Shown here: positions 19,026-28,381 of the stretch, piece by piece
How the letters are laid out: each line of letters starts with the position of its first letter
Numbering within the stretch: the stretch's first letter is position 1
Virus record (IMG/VR): IMGVR_UViG_3300014502_000004
Coordinates: 1 to 64,000 of that record
Source of the DNA: a virus
Strand: one strand, 5' to 3'
Length of the DNA stretch: 64,000 nt
Notes under the pieces: generated by a model
Seen by the model: the letters and a program-made list of their open reading frames with translations, nothing else
Told to the model about the DNA's origin: nothing
Database searches by the model: none
Program-made: the position numbers and the translations under genes

Positions 19026-19108
19026 GAATTCTGCATGGGGATACTTGATGATCGAAAGATTATGCCAGAAGTGTGGTAGATCATTTAAAGTATCCCCATG
19101 CATAATTC
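19026..19108 (+). promoter_or_regulatory. RNA hairpin sequestering the HNH gene RBS and start
   Basis: 21-bp inverted repeat with 1 mismatch: 19026-19046 / 19088-19108. Confidence 0.7.
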
Positions 19109-19602
19109 GTTCTGGCCATGGCATTTTTTGTAGTAAAAGTTGTTCTGCAAAGTCAAGAAAGAATCCTGCTGGACCACAGAATGGTCCTAACAATCATAAC
19201 TGGAAGGGAGGAGTGATTCTTTCTACCAAGGGATACTGGTATGTCTGGAGACCCGATCATGTTAGGGCAGATAAGAAAGGTTATGTAAAACGAGCTGATT
19301 TGATTATGGAAGAAGTGTTAGGTAGATCGCTAGAGAGTGATGAGGTTGTACATCACGGTCCTGGTGGTAAGGAAGATGATTCTCCAGGTAATTTAAGTGT
19401 AATGATCTCTAAGGACCATTCTAGTTATCATTGTAAGAATAATCAAAGATTGAAAAGATATAAATGGCCCTCTGATGAGCAATTGTTAGAATTCAGAAAG
19501 AAATTGTCATTTCGAGAATTGGCTAAAATTGTTGGCTGTAGTGACAGTACAGTACGCCAACATATTAAGCGAATTCTTGAATCTCGGAGGATCAATGGCT
19601 AG
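19048..19602 (+). CDS. Free-standing HNH homing endonuclease (Zn finger, NWKGG, HNH, HTH)
   Basis: CQKCG..FCSKSC; NWKGG; GYV...MEEVLGR.L...EVVHH...NL; low GC. Confidence 0.85.
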   Translation: MIERLCQKCGRSFKVSPCIIRSGHGIFCSKSCSAKSRKNPAGPQNGPNNHNWKGGVILSTKGYWYVWRPDHVRADKKGYVKRADLIMEEVLGRSLESDEVVHHGPGGKEDDSPGNLSVMISKDHSSYHCKNNQRLKRYKWPSDEQLLEFRKKLSFRELAKIVGCSDSTVRQHIKRILESRRING

Positions 19603-20806
19603 GCAAGCAGTCTCGAAGAAACCAGATAACTCCTCTCTCAGAGAGCTAGAAGCAGAACTGAAAGCGATGGGTGTGGTGGGTGAGGAAGCTGAAGCTCTCC
19701 TCAATCAAGCTCAGGGTGGGAAGATTCCAACTTCTCTGAAACCACGACCATCAGATCCTGCACGGGAGAAGGATGCTGCATTCATTACTAGCGTGGTCAA
19801 AAGGATGGAGAAACAGTTCGGCGAGGGAGCAGCTCTTACTCCAACGTCTGAGACTGTACTTTGTAAAGTAGAACACTGGGTCTCCACACGCAACTTCCTG
19901 ATTGACTCAGCGATTGCTGGTGGCCTGCCAATGCCTCGTCCATTGGTCCCGTTTGGTCGCATGACGGAGATCTCTGGATTGAACACCACAGGCAAGACAA
20001 CGTTGATGGGCATGATCATCGCTGAGACTCAGGCGACAGGTGGCATTGCTGCTGTTTCTGATACAGAGGAAGCTCTTGATCTAGCCTACTGGGAGCAGAT
20101 TGGTGTGGACCTGTCTCGCCTCATCATCATACCTGCGCTCACGATTGAAGAGGTGTTCACCAAGGTCGAGTCCATGGTGGATGTCATTCGAGAGATGGGT
20201 GACGAACGCCTCATCTGCATTGGATGGGATTCTCTTGGTGGTACTCCAACCAAAGAACAAGAAGCTGCAGCAGCTGATGATAAGTTCTACGCTTCAGCTG
20301 CAAAGGTGGTTGGACAGAACCTTCAACGCATCATTGGCAAGATCAGCAAGAAGCGCATTGCCTTGGTGATCAACAATCACCTCTACCGCAAGATGGATGT
20401 GAAGTACGGTGACCCTTGGGAGACCTATGGTGGCGAGAAGATGAAGTTCTTCGCTACACTTCGCATTCGTTTGCAACAGATTGGCCAGATCAATGAAGGT
20501 TCTGATGAAGAGAAGCAGACCATTGGTCATTTGGTCAAGGTCAAGATCATCAAGAACAAGATGGCTCCAATCCTTCGCTCTGTTGAAGTGCCCTGCATTG
20601 GTGGCTATGGTTTCAGCCTTGACTACTCCGTGTACGAGCACGCGCAGAAGCAAGGTCTCATCACAGGGAAGCAATGGAAAGAGTGGAATGGGACCAAGTT
20701 CCAGGGATGGCGTGGATTCCGAGATAAGATCATGACGCTTAGTGACTACCCAGAGTTGGTTCAGAAAGTGATCAACAACTACCACACCAAGATGACTGTA
20801 AAATAG
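19595..20806 (+). CDS. recA: RecA/UvsX recombinase
   Basis: GRMTEISGLNTTGKTT, DTEEALD, WDSLG, YGGEKMKFFATLRI, KNK; GGAGG RBS before ATG 19595. Confidence 0.95.
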   Translation: MARQAVSKKPDNSSLRELEAELKAMGVVGEEAEALLNQAQGGKIPTSLKPRPSDPAREKDAAFITSVVKRMEKQFGEGAALTPTSETVLCKVEHWVSTRNFLIDSAIAGGLPMPRPLVPFGRMTEISGLNTTGKTTLMGMIIAETQATGGIAAVSDTEEALDLAYWEQIGVDLSRLIIIPALTIEEVFTKVESMVDVIREMGDERLICIGWDSLGGTPTKEQEAAAADDKFYASAAKVVGQNLQRIIGKISKKRIALVINNHLYRKMDVKYGDPWETYGGEKMKFFATLRIRLQQIGQINEGSDEEKQTIGHLVKVKIIKNKMAPILRSVEVPCIGGYGFSLDYSVYEHAQKQGLITGKQWKEWNGTKFQGWRGFRDKIMTLSDYPELVQKVINNYHTKMTVK

Positions 20807-20812
20807 AAGGGA

Positions 20813-21017
20813 TTTCCTACTGGCCAGGCAAGGGCCAGTGAAAGCGGGGATAACGACAGTTACCTGTGGTGTGATGCATAAGCACCTATCCATAGGGAAC
20901 CGCTGGCGAAGGCACCCGACGTAGGAAAAGACGATAACGAAACCGGGACCAGATCAAGAGCCATGGCAACTCTTGGGTCTGGTGGCTGTGGAGCGACAAG
21001 GCAGGGGCGACCACAGC
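20813..21017 (+). ncRNA. Candidate multi-stem structured RNA
   Basis: At least five complementary stem pairs in a roughly 230-nt intergenic gap. Confidence 0.4.
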
Positions 21018-21036
21018 ATTTCATGGAGTGGATGCC

Positions 21037-22146
21037 ATGCGAGTTCTTCTCTTCTCAGATCTACACGCACATCAATTCAAGCCATACTCCACAGTTCTGT
21101 CAAACGGGCTCAACTCTAGGTTCCAGGATGTCCTGAACATACTGGACCAGATTAGAGTCATTGCTGGGGCAGAGAAGGTTGGTCTGATTCTGTTCGGTGG
21201 TGACTTGTTCCATGTGCGTCGGGTCATCAATGTTCAGACCTTCAACTTCGTGTTTGAAGCCATCGCACGATTGAAACTGGCTCGCAAAGGCTCACCAGGT
21301 TGTCAATTGGGACTTCTGGTGGGTAACCACGATCAGACCGACAGGTCTGGTGGCATTCATAGCATCTACGCATTTGGTGCTATGGTTGAAGTCATGGATA
21401 GGATCAAATGGCATACCTTTGCCGTGGGTCAGGATCGGTTGAATGTGCTAGCTGTCCCTTACTTTGGGAACAAGCAGGAGGCATTGAAACAGATCAACGA
21501 AGCCGTACAATCCGCACAGCTCCAGGGTCCATCGATTCTCCTTGGCCATTTTGGTATCAGTGGGGCTTTGGCTGGATCAAACTTTGTGTTAGTGGACAAG
21601 GAACTCATGGAGCTTGAGGACATCAAACCAGATCAATTCGATCAGGTGTTCCTTGGCCACTACCATGAGTCACAGCAGCTGGCCCCCAACGTCCGCTACA
21701 TTGGGGCTCCCATGCATCACAACTGGGGAGACTTTGGCCAGGAGCGAGGCTGTTTGATCTGGGATACGGATTCCAACAGGGTCGACTTCATCCCGCTGCT
21801 ATACCCATCGTTTGTGAAGATGAGCCTGGATGAGCTGCAGCATCTCCCTAATGTAAAAGTACAAGGGGACTTCATTAGGGTGTTTTGCCTACACGGGGTA
21901 AGACCTCAAGGAGAAGAGAAGGTTAAGGACGATCTGGTAAATCAGCTGGGTGCAAGGTCAGTGGAATTCATCGATGAGGCTGTAGAAAACCAGAAACTTG
22001 CTGAGGCTGGTCCATACCAACCAGGCACAGACATTGAGACTATGATCCAGCACTTTGTTTCTAGCAACGACGGTGACCTGGACCCTGAGATGCTAATCGA
22101 AGCTGGACTGGACCTCTACCGTGCTGCTGTGTCAAAGGAGAAGTGA
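21037..22146 (+). CDS. sbcD: SbcD/Mre11-like nuclease
   Basis: FSDLH, GGDLF, GNHD, GHYH. Confidence 0.92.
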   Translation: MRVLLFSDLHAHQFKPYSTVLSNGLNSRFQDVLNILDQIRVIAGAEKVGLILFGGDLFHVRRVINVQTFNFVFEAIARLKLARKGSPGCQLGLLVGNHDQTDRSGGIHSIYAFGAMVEVMDRIKWHTFAVGQDRLNVLAVPYFGNKQEALKQINEAVQSAQLQGPSILLGHFGISGALAGSNFVLVDKELMELEDIKPDQFDQVFLGHYHESQQLAPNVRYIGAPMHHNWGDFGQERGCLIWDTDSNRVDFIPLLYPSFVKMSLDELQHLPNVKVQGDFIRVFCLHGVRPQGEEKVKDDLVNQLGARSVEFIDEAVENQKLAEAGPYQPGTDIETMIQHFVSSNDGDLDPEMLIEAGLDLYRAAVSKEK

Positions 22147-22592
22147 TGAATTCGGTACTACAAGATTGGGTGATGGAGCTGCCACGTCGTGAGCAGGGTA
22201 CGCTGCTGACAGGGATTCGGGGCTGTGACCTTGCTCCGAAACGATCAGGAGAAGAGTCCTCTGAACGACGGCTAGTCGCCTTCCTTCGTTACTGTGTGAT
22301 GAACCCTGCAGATTCTAGGGAGGTGGATATTCCCCAGGCGTTCTTTCAGTCTACTCCACCCAGTAGCTGGAAGCCGTCTGAGTTTGGTCACTACCCTCAG
22401 CACTGGTACGCGCATCTGATGCATTGCTTCGAGGTTGTTGGTTATCGTCACCCATATCATCCGCTCGCGCATGCAGCTAATGAGATTTATTTGCGGCTCG
22501 TCAAGAATCTTCATCTCAATCCTGAAAGCAAAAAGGAGATGGTCGCTATGTTGTCGTTAGATCGAATCGCTAACGGAACAGTGGTGTCATGA
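22143..22592 (+). CDS. Conserved phage hypothetical protein
   Basis: SVLQDWV..LP.REQGTLL...RGCD; HWYAHLMH. Confidence 0.65.
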   Translation: MMNSVLQDWVMELPRREQGTLLTGIRGCDLAPKRSGEESSERRLVAFLRYCVMNPADSREVDIPQAFFQSTPPSSWKPSEFGHYPQHWYAHLMHCFEVVGYRHPYHPLAHAANEIYLRLVKNLHLNPESKKEMVAMLSLDRIANGTVVS

Positions 22593-23146
22593 AACGATTG
22601 ATTATTGCTTTTGGTCATCGTCGGGAGAGAGGCAAGAACACAGCATCGTTGACAACCAAACAGTTCCTCAAAGATCGATATGTCCGAGAGGACTCATTTG
22701 CACGCTCACTCAAAGAGACTTGCAAGGCTGTCTTTAGCTTCAGTGAGGAGCAGGTAAACGGCAAGCTGAAGGGTGTTACTGACGAGTATTGGGGCTTCAC
22801 TCCTCGGTGGGCACTTCAGACTGTAGGGACTGAGTTGTTTCGTCAGCATATAGATCCAGCTATCTGGGCCAAGTCTCTAGTGCGACGCATTATGCTGCAT
22901 CCAGAACATCATTTCTTGATCACAGACTTACGATTCACCAATGAGGCTGAGGCTATCAAAGCATGTGGTGGCTTTGTGGTCCGTTGTGATCGAGACATAC
23001 CTTTTGATCCAGAGATAGATTCTCATCAATCAGAAATTGATCTTCTTAACTATACAAACTGGGATTTCATCATTGACAATAATGGTAGCTTTGAAGATCT
23101 GTCTAAACAGATCAAGACCATGATCAAGACCATGCTATACCTCTGA
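22589..23146 (+). CDS. Deoxynucleoside monophosphate kinase
   Basis: P-loop GHRRERGKNT, FARSLK, RWALQTVGTE, ITDLRFTNE, HQSE. Confidence 0.88.
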   Translation: MKRLIIAFGHRRERGKNTASLTTKQFLKDRYVREDSFARSLKETCKAVFSFSEEQVNGKLKGVTDEYWGFTPRWALQTVGTELFRQHIDPAIWAKSLVRRIMLHPEHHFLITDLRFTNEAEAIKACGGFVVRCDRDIPFDPEIDSHQSEIDLLNYTNWDFIIDNNGSFEDLSKQIKTMIKTMLYL

Positions 23147-23159
23147 TCAGGGCAGATAA

Positions 23160-25073
23160 ATGATCTTTGAATTCATTGAGATTGAGAACTTCTTTCGCAT
23201 TCGAGAGAAGGTGGTCATACCTCTCTGTGATCAAGGACTGGTGCTTATCACAGGAGAGAATGGCAACGGCAAGAGCACCATCTTTGAAGCTCTGGTGTGG
23301 TGTCTCTTTGGTGAGACAGTCAGGGGATACAAAGCTGATCAGGTCGTCAACAGGGATGTGGGGGAAGGATGTGCTGTCACTGTCAAGATGTCTACTGGAG
23401 TGATTTCTTACCGAGTCACTAGATGTCGCAAACACAAGACAGGCAAGAACAAGCTTGAGTTATTCTCATATGATCATCTTACGCCCGGTGCAGTGGAAGT
23501 TGATCTGACTCAACAGACCAACGATGATACTCAGCACAAGCTGCAAGAGATCATGGGTATTGACTTCGATACCTTCATCAACGGCCCCATGATGCCTCAG
23601 GGTAGCTTCAAACGCTTCAGTGAGATGACAGACTCCGAGATCAAGGATATCTTGGAGAAGGCAGTACAGATCGAAGTCATTGCTAAGGCTCAGAACATAA
23701 CAAAGCAGAATCTGGCAATCGTTGAGTTGAAGCTACGTCAATTTGATTACGACTTCAACAGGTACGGTCAAGAATTTGATGAGAAGCAGTCTCAGTTAGA
23801 AGACTTTGAGCGTGAGCATTTAGACTGGGATAACCAGAAGAAGGCTGAGATTGATCGTACAACTTCTCGTGTACAGGAGTTTGAAGATCGTCTGACTCGA
23901 CTGCGGGTCGGCTGTGCAGACCCCAAGGAGCTGTTCAACCAGCTTGTTGAAGCGAAGCAGGCACACAGCAAGATCAGTGAGATTTACGAAGATTCTAGAA
24001 AAGATTGGGAGAAGAAGGAAGATGAAGCTCGCTCTGATGAAGCTCATGCAGTAACACAGCACATGCTGTTATCCAAAGAGTGTGAACGACTCAAAGATAC
24101 TAGAGACAAGATCAAAAGTCTGACAGGTACTTGCCCTAAGTGTGGTCAGGACATTCCTGCATCTCATGTGGAGAAACTGTTTGCTGAGGCAGACAATCAG
24201 TTCCAGGAAGCCAATACAGAGCTGAAGACTAAGCTTGTCCCTGCGGTCAAGGTTGCTCAGGATGTTGTGCAACAGGTGAAACTGGACAGGGACAAGGCTC
24301 TGGAGCGTGCTAAGGAGATCTGGCTGGTGTCCCTTGGCAAGCTACATGAGCTTGAGAAGGAACTTGAGATCAATACAAATCAGATCTCTGTCATTCAGCA
24401 GTGTCAGTCTGACATCAAGAGAGCACAAGAGAGTCTAGATATTGCTGTGAAAGTTACCTCACCATTTGAGTCAATGATCAAAAACAACAAGGAAGCACAA
24501 GAAGAGATCAAGAAGGACATCAAACGAATTCTTCCTAAGCTGAAGTCCTGTGGCATCGAAGCAGAGCATTTTCGGTTCTGGGTGGACGGCTTCAGCAATC
24601 GAGGTCTCAAGAGTTTTGTCCTGGGTTCTGTGGTGCCATACATGAACTCCAAGGCTGCAGAGTACAGCCAGGTGCTCACAGATGGGGAGCTGGAGATCCG
24701 CTTCCATACGCAGACGACTCTGAAGAGCGGTGAGACTCGTGAGAAGTTCTACGTTGAGGTGTCCAACAAAGCCGGTGCTGAGGATTACATTGGAAGTTCT
24801 GGCGGCGAGCGCAGGAGGGCTGATCTCGCTATCAGCTTTACTCTGTCTGATCTATTCTCGTCGCGTTCCAAGAAAGCATTTCCTCAGCGTTGGTTTGATG
24901 AGCCTTTCGAGAATCTTGACGAAGCTGGAGTCGAGGCTGTCATGCAGTTACTCCGAAGCATGGAAGCGCAGTCTGGGTCCATTTTCGTAGTGACTCACCA
25001 AGATCACCTCAAGTCCATGTTCAACAAAGTGATCCAGGTTGAAAAGATCAACGGTGAGACAAGGATAAGCTAA
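23160..25073 (+). CDS. sbcC: SbcC/Rad50-like ATPase
   Basis: GENGNGKS, Zn hook CPKCG, signature SSGGERRR, DEPFENLD, VTH. Confidence 0.93.
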   Translation: MIFEFIEIENFFRIREKVVIPLCDQGLVLITGENGNGKSTIFEALVWCLFGETVRGYKADQVVNRDVGEGCAVTVKMSTGVISYRVTRCRKHKTGKNKLELFSYDHLTPGAVEVDLTQQTNDDTQHKLQEIMGIDFDTFINGPMMPQGSFKRFSEMTDSEIKDILEKAVQIEVIAKAQNITKQNLAIVELKLRQFDYDFNRYGQEFDEKQSQLEDFEREHLDWDNQKKAEIDRTTSRVQEFEDRLTRLRVGCADPKELFNQLVEAKQAHSKISEIYEDSRKDWEKKEDEARSDEAHAVTQHMLLSKECERLKDTRDKIKSLTGTCPKCGQDIPASHVEKLFAEADNQFQEANTELKTKLVPAVKVAQDVVQQVKLDRDKALERAKEIWLVSLGKLHELEKELEINTNQISVIQQCQSDIKRAQESLDIAVKVTSPFESMIKNNKEAQEEIKKDIKRILPKLKSCGIEAEHFRFWVDGFSNRGLKSFVLGSVVPYMNSKAAEYSQVLTDGELEIRFHTQTTLKSGETREKFYVEVSNKAGAEDYIGSSGGERRRADLAISFTLSDLFSSRSKKAFPQRWFDEPFENLDEAGVEAVMQLLRSMEAQSGSIFVVTHQDHLKSMFNKVIQVEKINGETRIS

Positions 25074-25324
25074 TGCCAGGACCAGTATCTTCAAGCTATG
25101 ATCCAGAGTTTGGCACAGGTGAACGTGCAAGCATTGTCTGTGAGGCAGTGACCAAAATGCGGGATAAAGTTAGTAGGGTCCTAGGCAAGGCTAATGCAGA
25201 GCTGCTACCTATTGTGGATGTGTGTGAAGGTAGAAACAAGTTGCCTAAGAGAGGGTTGATTCTCTGTGAGCGAGAGTTAAGGATACTTAGGTTTGCTTTG
25301 AACAGAGCTTTGGAGTCGTTGTGA
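25073..25324 (+). CDS. Hypothetical protein
   Basis: TAATG coupling. Confidence 0.5.
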   Translation: MPGPVSSSYDPEFGTGERASIVCEAVTKMRDKVSRVLGKANAELLPIVDVCEGRNKLPKRGLILCERELRILRFALNRALESL

Positions 25325-25331
25325 TCAAGTT

Positions 25332-25403
25332 GCCCGCATAGCTCAGTGGCAGAGCAATGGTTTTGTAAACCATAGGTCTGGGGTTCGATCCCCCAAGCGG
25401 GCT
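25332..25403 (+). tRNA. tRNA-Thr(UGU)
   Basis: Acceptor GCCCGC/GCGGGC, D-arm GCTC..GAGC, anticodon arm ATGGT-TTTGTAA-ACCAT, T-arm TGGGG-TTCGATC-CCCCA. Confidence 0.93.
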
Positions 25404-25423
25404 CCGAAAGGTGAGTCATTGTA

Positions 25424-25624
25424 ATGCCTGATCCTGCAAAGTTTCCAAATTCCAAAGTAATCAGAGACACTGGTAAGGCTCTGCTGGTAGAGATCGAGGG
25501 GGAAGAGCATTGGATACCTCACTCTCAGATCCACGATGACTCTGAAGTTTTTGATGCAGAGGACAACAGCGAGGGCATGCTGGTGGTTCAGTTCTGGTTT
25601 GCAGACAAGGAAGGGTTGATCTAA
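25424..25624 (+). CDS. Small phage protein
   Basis: DTGKALLV...WIPHSQI...WFADKEGL pattern. Confidence 0.65.
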   Translation: MPDPAKFPNSKVIRDTGKALLVEIEGEEHWIPHSQIHDDSEVFDAEDNSEGMLVVQFWFADKEGLI

Positions 25625-26289
25625 TGAAGATCGTTCCGCAGAGTGTGCAGTTAGAGTTCATCACCCCTAATGCAGCTAAGTTAATTGAGAGAGCTGGTCG
25701 ATGTTGCTATAAGAGTGAGGACAAGATCACAGATGAGAGCGCAGTCGAGTTTATTAAGATGCTTCTCACCAGAGAGCACCACTCTGTGATCGAGCATGCC
25801 CATGCAACCTTCAGAGTGGTGTGTGATCGAGGAGTCAGTCACGAGTTTGTTCGTCATCGGCTGATGAGCTACAGCCAAGAGAGCACCAGATATTGCAACT
25901 ACTCCAAGGAGAAGTACGGGAACGAGATCACTGTCATCGAACCTCCAGGGTTGGAAGGTAACGACCGATTGTGCTGGACCAACGCCATTGAGGTGGCCGA
26001 GATGCAATACATGAGCTTGATCAAATATGGGATCAAGCCAGAGATTGCTCGCTCGGTGCTGCCGACATGCCTCAAGACTGAGCTGGTAGCAACAGCCAAC
26101 TTCCGCGAGTGGATGCACTTCCTCAAGATGAGGACCAGTTCCAAGGCTCATCCTCAGATGCGTGAGGTGGCCATGATGATTGGTCTCAGTTTGGTCAATG
26201 AGTGTCAGCCTCTGTACGGTCCATACATGGACTTTCTGCTTCGTGGTGGTGACTTAAAGGATTACCTCATCCAAGGAGGATCGAAATGA
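25624..26289 (+). CDS. thyX: Flavin-dependent thymidylate synthase
   Basis: HHSVIEH, RHRLMSYSQESTRY, ARSVLP, NFREW, AHPQMR. Confidence 0.96.
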   Translation: MKIVPQSVQLEFITPNAAKLIERAGRCCYKSEDKITDESAVEFIKMLLTREHHSVIEHAHATFRVVCDRGVSHEFVRHRLMSYSQESTRYCNYSKEKYGNEITVIEPPGLEGNDRLCWTNAIEVAEMQYMSLIKYGIKPEIARSVLPTCLKTELVATANFREWMHFLKMRTSSKAHPQMREVAMMIGLSLVNECQPLYGPYMDFLLRGGDLKDYLIQGGSK

Positions 26290-26687
26290 GCGACAAAGTT
26301 GGATCACCACTTACCCTTGTCGGCTATGAAGACGACATGGATCTAAGAAGCATCTCCTGGAACCAGGATTTGCTAGAACAGGAGGCCAGGGAGTACAAGC
26401 TCAAGCATGGTGAAGCTGTTGTCTACAGCAACGTGGCTCAAACCAAGGTCAGGCTCATCGCTGTGTTTTATGGGATGGCTGTGCTCATCCTCCCTCCTAT
26501 TGATCCAGCAGACAAGATTAGTCTGTACCTTAAGGTCAATCAGTTCCTGCGACTGTTCAAGGATGGAACAGCAGGAGTGATGATAGGTCACCTTGATAAA
26601 GAGATCGCTGGAGCACAGGAGCGACTGGAGAGGATCAAGAAGCGAAAGGCATTGGCTGCACAGGCTGCTAAGAGGAGAAGCAAATGA
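26286..26687 (+). CDS. Hypothetical protein
   Basis: AGGAGG RBS. Confidence 0.65.
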   Translation: MSDKVGSPLTLVGYEDDMDLRSISWNQDLLEQEAREYKLKHGEAVVYSNVAQTKVRLIAVFYGMAVLILPPIDPADKISLYLKVNQFLRLFKDGTAGVMIGHLDKEIAGAQERLERIKKRKALAAQAAKRRSK

Positions 26688-27022
26688 AGAAGAGAACACG
26701 ATGCATGTACACCAAAGAGAAAGCCATCAAGATCTGGCAGCTCTGCAACTTCGATAAGATGACACAGGCTCAAGCCTCCAAGATCGTTGGATGCAACAAG
26801 GGTGCTGCAAATCGTTGGTTCAATCTTGTTAAAGACACTCCCGCCTTATTGGCGGAAGCAAAGAAGGGTGGGAAGGGGAAGAGTCGTAAAATCAAGGATG
26901 AAGCTCCTATCAAGAAGATCAATGAGCTGGATTCTTTGCGTGATGAAAACGAGTTTCTGCAGTGGTGGAACAAGGGTGAGCGTCAAGGCTGGGTGGATCT
27001 GCTATTGAAGAGAATGGAATAG
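26684..27022 (+). CDS. HTH-containing protein
   Basis: MTQAQASKIVGCNKGAANRW. Confidence 0.6.
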   Translation: MKKRTRCMYTKEKAIKIWQLCNFDKMTQAQASKIVGCNKGAANRWFNLVKDTPALLAEAKKGGKGKSRKIKDEAPIKKINELDSLRDENEFLQWWNKGERQGWVDLLLKRME

Positions 27023-27051
27023 TTGACTCTAGAATCTGCCAGGCGTAGGAT
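27023..27051 (+). promoter_or_regulatory. Sigma70-like promoter
   Basis: TTGACT-N17-TAGGAT. Confidence 0.65.
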
Positions 27052-27079
27052 TCATCCGTGATCTTATTAGGAGAAACTC

Positions 27080-27667
27080 ATGGCCCATTGGCTATCAGTT
27101 GGGATCGACGGTGGACTACATGGGGCTGTAGTAGGAATCAACGACAGCCTTGAGGTAGTTGGCTTTTTCGATACACCCATCATAGATCTCGGCAAGAAGA
27201 CCAAGAGTGGCAAGGTGGGCACCAACAACGCCTTCCTGGAAGCCGAAATGGTGTCTCGGTTTCAATTTCTCATTGAAGGCTGGCCCAAGCTCACCAATCA
27301 GCCTCACATCTTCCTGGAGAAGGCTCAGAGCATGCCCAAGCAGGGCGTTGCCTCTGTTTTCAAGACAGGGGAAGGCTTTGGACTGTGGAAGGGCATCCTG
27401 GCTGCTCTGAAGCTTCCCTACAGCATCGTGGCGGTCCAGACGTGGCAGAAGAAGGTGATGGTTGGTGTGACTGGGCTCGACCCTAAAGCCAAGTCCATCG
27501 CTCGCTGTCAGCGTCTATTCCCTACGTTGTCGTTGACTCTTCCCAATGGGAAGAAGGCATCTCTGGATGGAAGATCAGATGCAGCCTTGATCGCTTACTA
27601 CGGTTTGCTGGAGAATGGCTGTGTCCAGGATCGACGTCCTAAGCGCACACCGTTCAAAATGAAGTGA
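27080..27667 (+). CDS. RuvC-like Holliday junction resolvase
   Basis: VGIDGG..GA, FLEK..SMPKQGVAS.F..G..FG.W, WQK, DGRSDAALIA. Confidence 0.85.
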   Translation: MAHWLSVGIDGGLHGAVVGINDSLEVVGFFDTPIIDLGKKTKSGKVGTNNAFLEAEMVSRFQFLIEGWPKLTNQPHIFLEKAQSMPKQGVASVFKTGEGFGLWKGILAALKLPYSIVAVQTWQKKVMVGVTGLDPKAKSIARCQRLFPTLSLTLPNGKKASLDGRSDAALIAYYGLLENGCVQDRRPKRTPFKMK

Positions 27668-27674
27668 GGATCAG

Positions 27675-27824
27675 ATGGACGATAAAGACAAAACACCAGT
27701 GCTGGCACCTAAGCCAAGGCTAGAACCGACCAAGCCAGTCACCATTCCGATCTGCCCTACCTGCAAGAAGCCCCTTACTCAATGTGCCTGCACTCACAAT
27801 GACCTTTCAAAAGGTAAGAAGTGA
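27675..27824 (+). CDS. 49-aa Zn-finger micro-protein (not in ORF track)
   Basis: GAGG RBS; ICPTCKKPLTQCAC. Confidence 0.5.
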   Translation: MDDKDKTPVLAPKPRLEPTKPVTIPICPTCKKPLTQCACTHNDLSKGKK

Positions 27825-28381
27825 GTGAGATAGCTGAAAAGGTTTACGTTGCTGTAGATGTGAACAATCTATGGCACAGTTGTCGAGACATCTTTGGTTC
27901 GACAACAAGGGTGAACTATGACCAGCTCTTGAAGAAGATCAGAACTGGTGGTTACAGGGGTGTGCCCAGAGAAGTCACTGCAGTCGCCTACACCATCACA
28001 TCCCCTCATCGTCGCACCTCTGAGACTGGCCGCACACGAGAAGAGCCCTCACGCAACTCACGCTTTCTAGAATCTCTCCAGAAGTTTGGCTACCAGGTGA
28101 AGACTAGGCAGATGAGATACGAGAAGGGTGTGGACAAACCATTCCACACTGACTGGGATGTGGGCATCTCAGTTGATGCAATCACTGATCAAGATCAGTT
28201 TGATACTTTCATCATGGTTAGTGGTGATGGTGATTTCATTCCATTGATTAAGAGGTTGCAGGACAAAGATAAGAGAGTAGAAATCTATACTTTTGAGAGA
28301 ACAGCTTCACAGAACTTATACTCTGTGGCTGACAACATCGTGTTTCTTACTGTAGAAGATACCTATCAAGAAAAGATATGA
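27821..28381 (+). CDS. NYN (LabA/DUF88, PIN-fold) domain protein
   Basis: VDVNNL, DWDVGISVD, VSGDGDFIPL, S..L...AD. Confidence 0.9.
   Translation: MSEIAEKVYVAVDVNNLWHSCRDIFGSTTRVNYDQLLKKIRTGGYRGVPREVTAVAYTITSPHRRTSETGRTREEPSRNSRFLESLQKFGYQVKTRQMRYEKGVDKPFHTDWDVGISVDAITDQDQFDTFIMVSGDGDFIPLIKRLQDKDKRVEIYTFERTASQNLYSVADNIVFLTVEDTYQEKI

Noticed and set aside
18923-19602. HNH gene as part of a group I intron
   Set aside because: Flanking genes are intact and no intron core was recognised; treated as free-standing
20797-20825. Fourth copy of the phage promoter (TGTAAAA at the end of recA)
   Set aside because: No TTGTACTATAGG box at the 12-nt spacing
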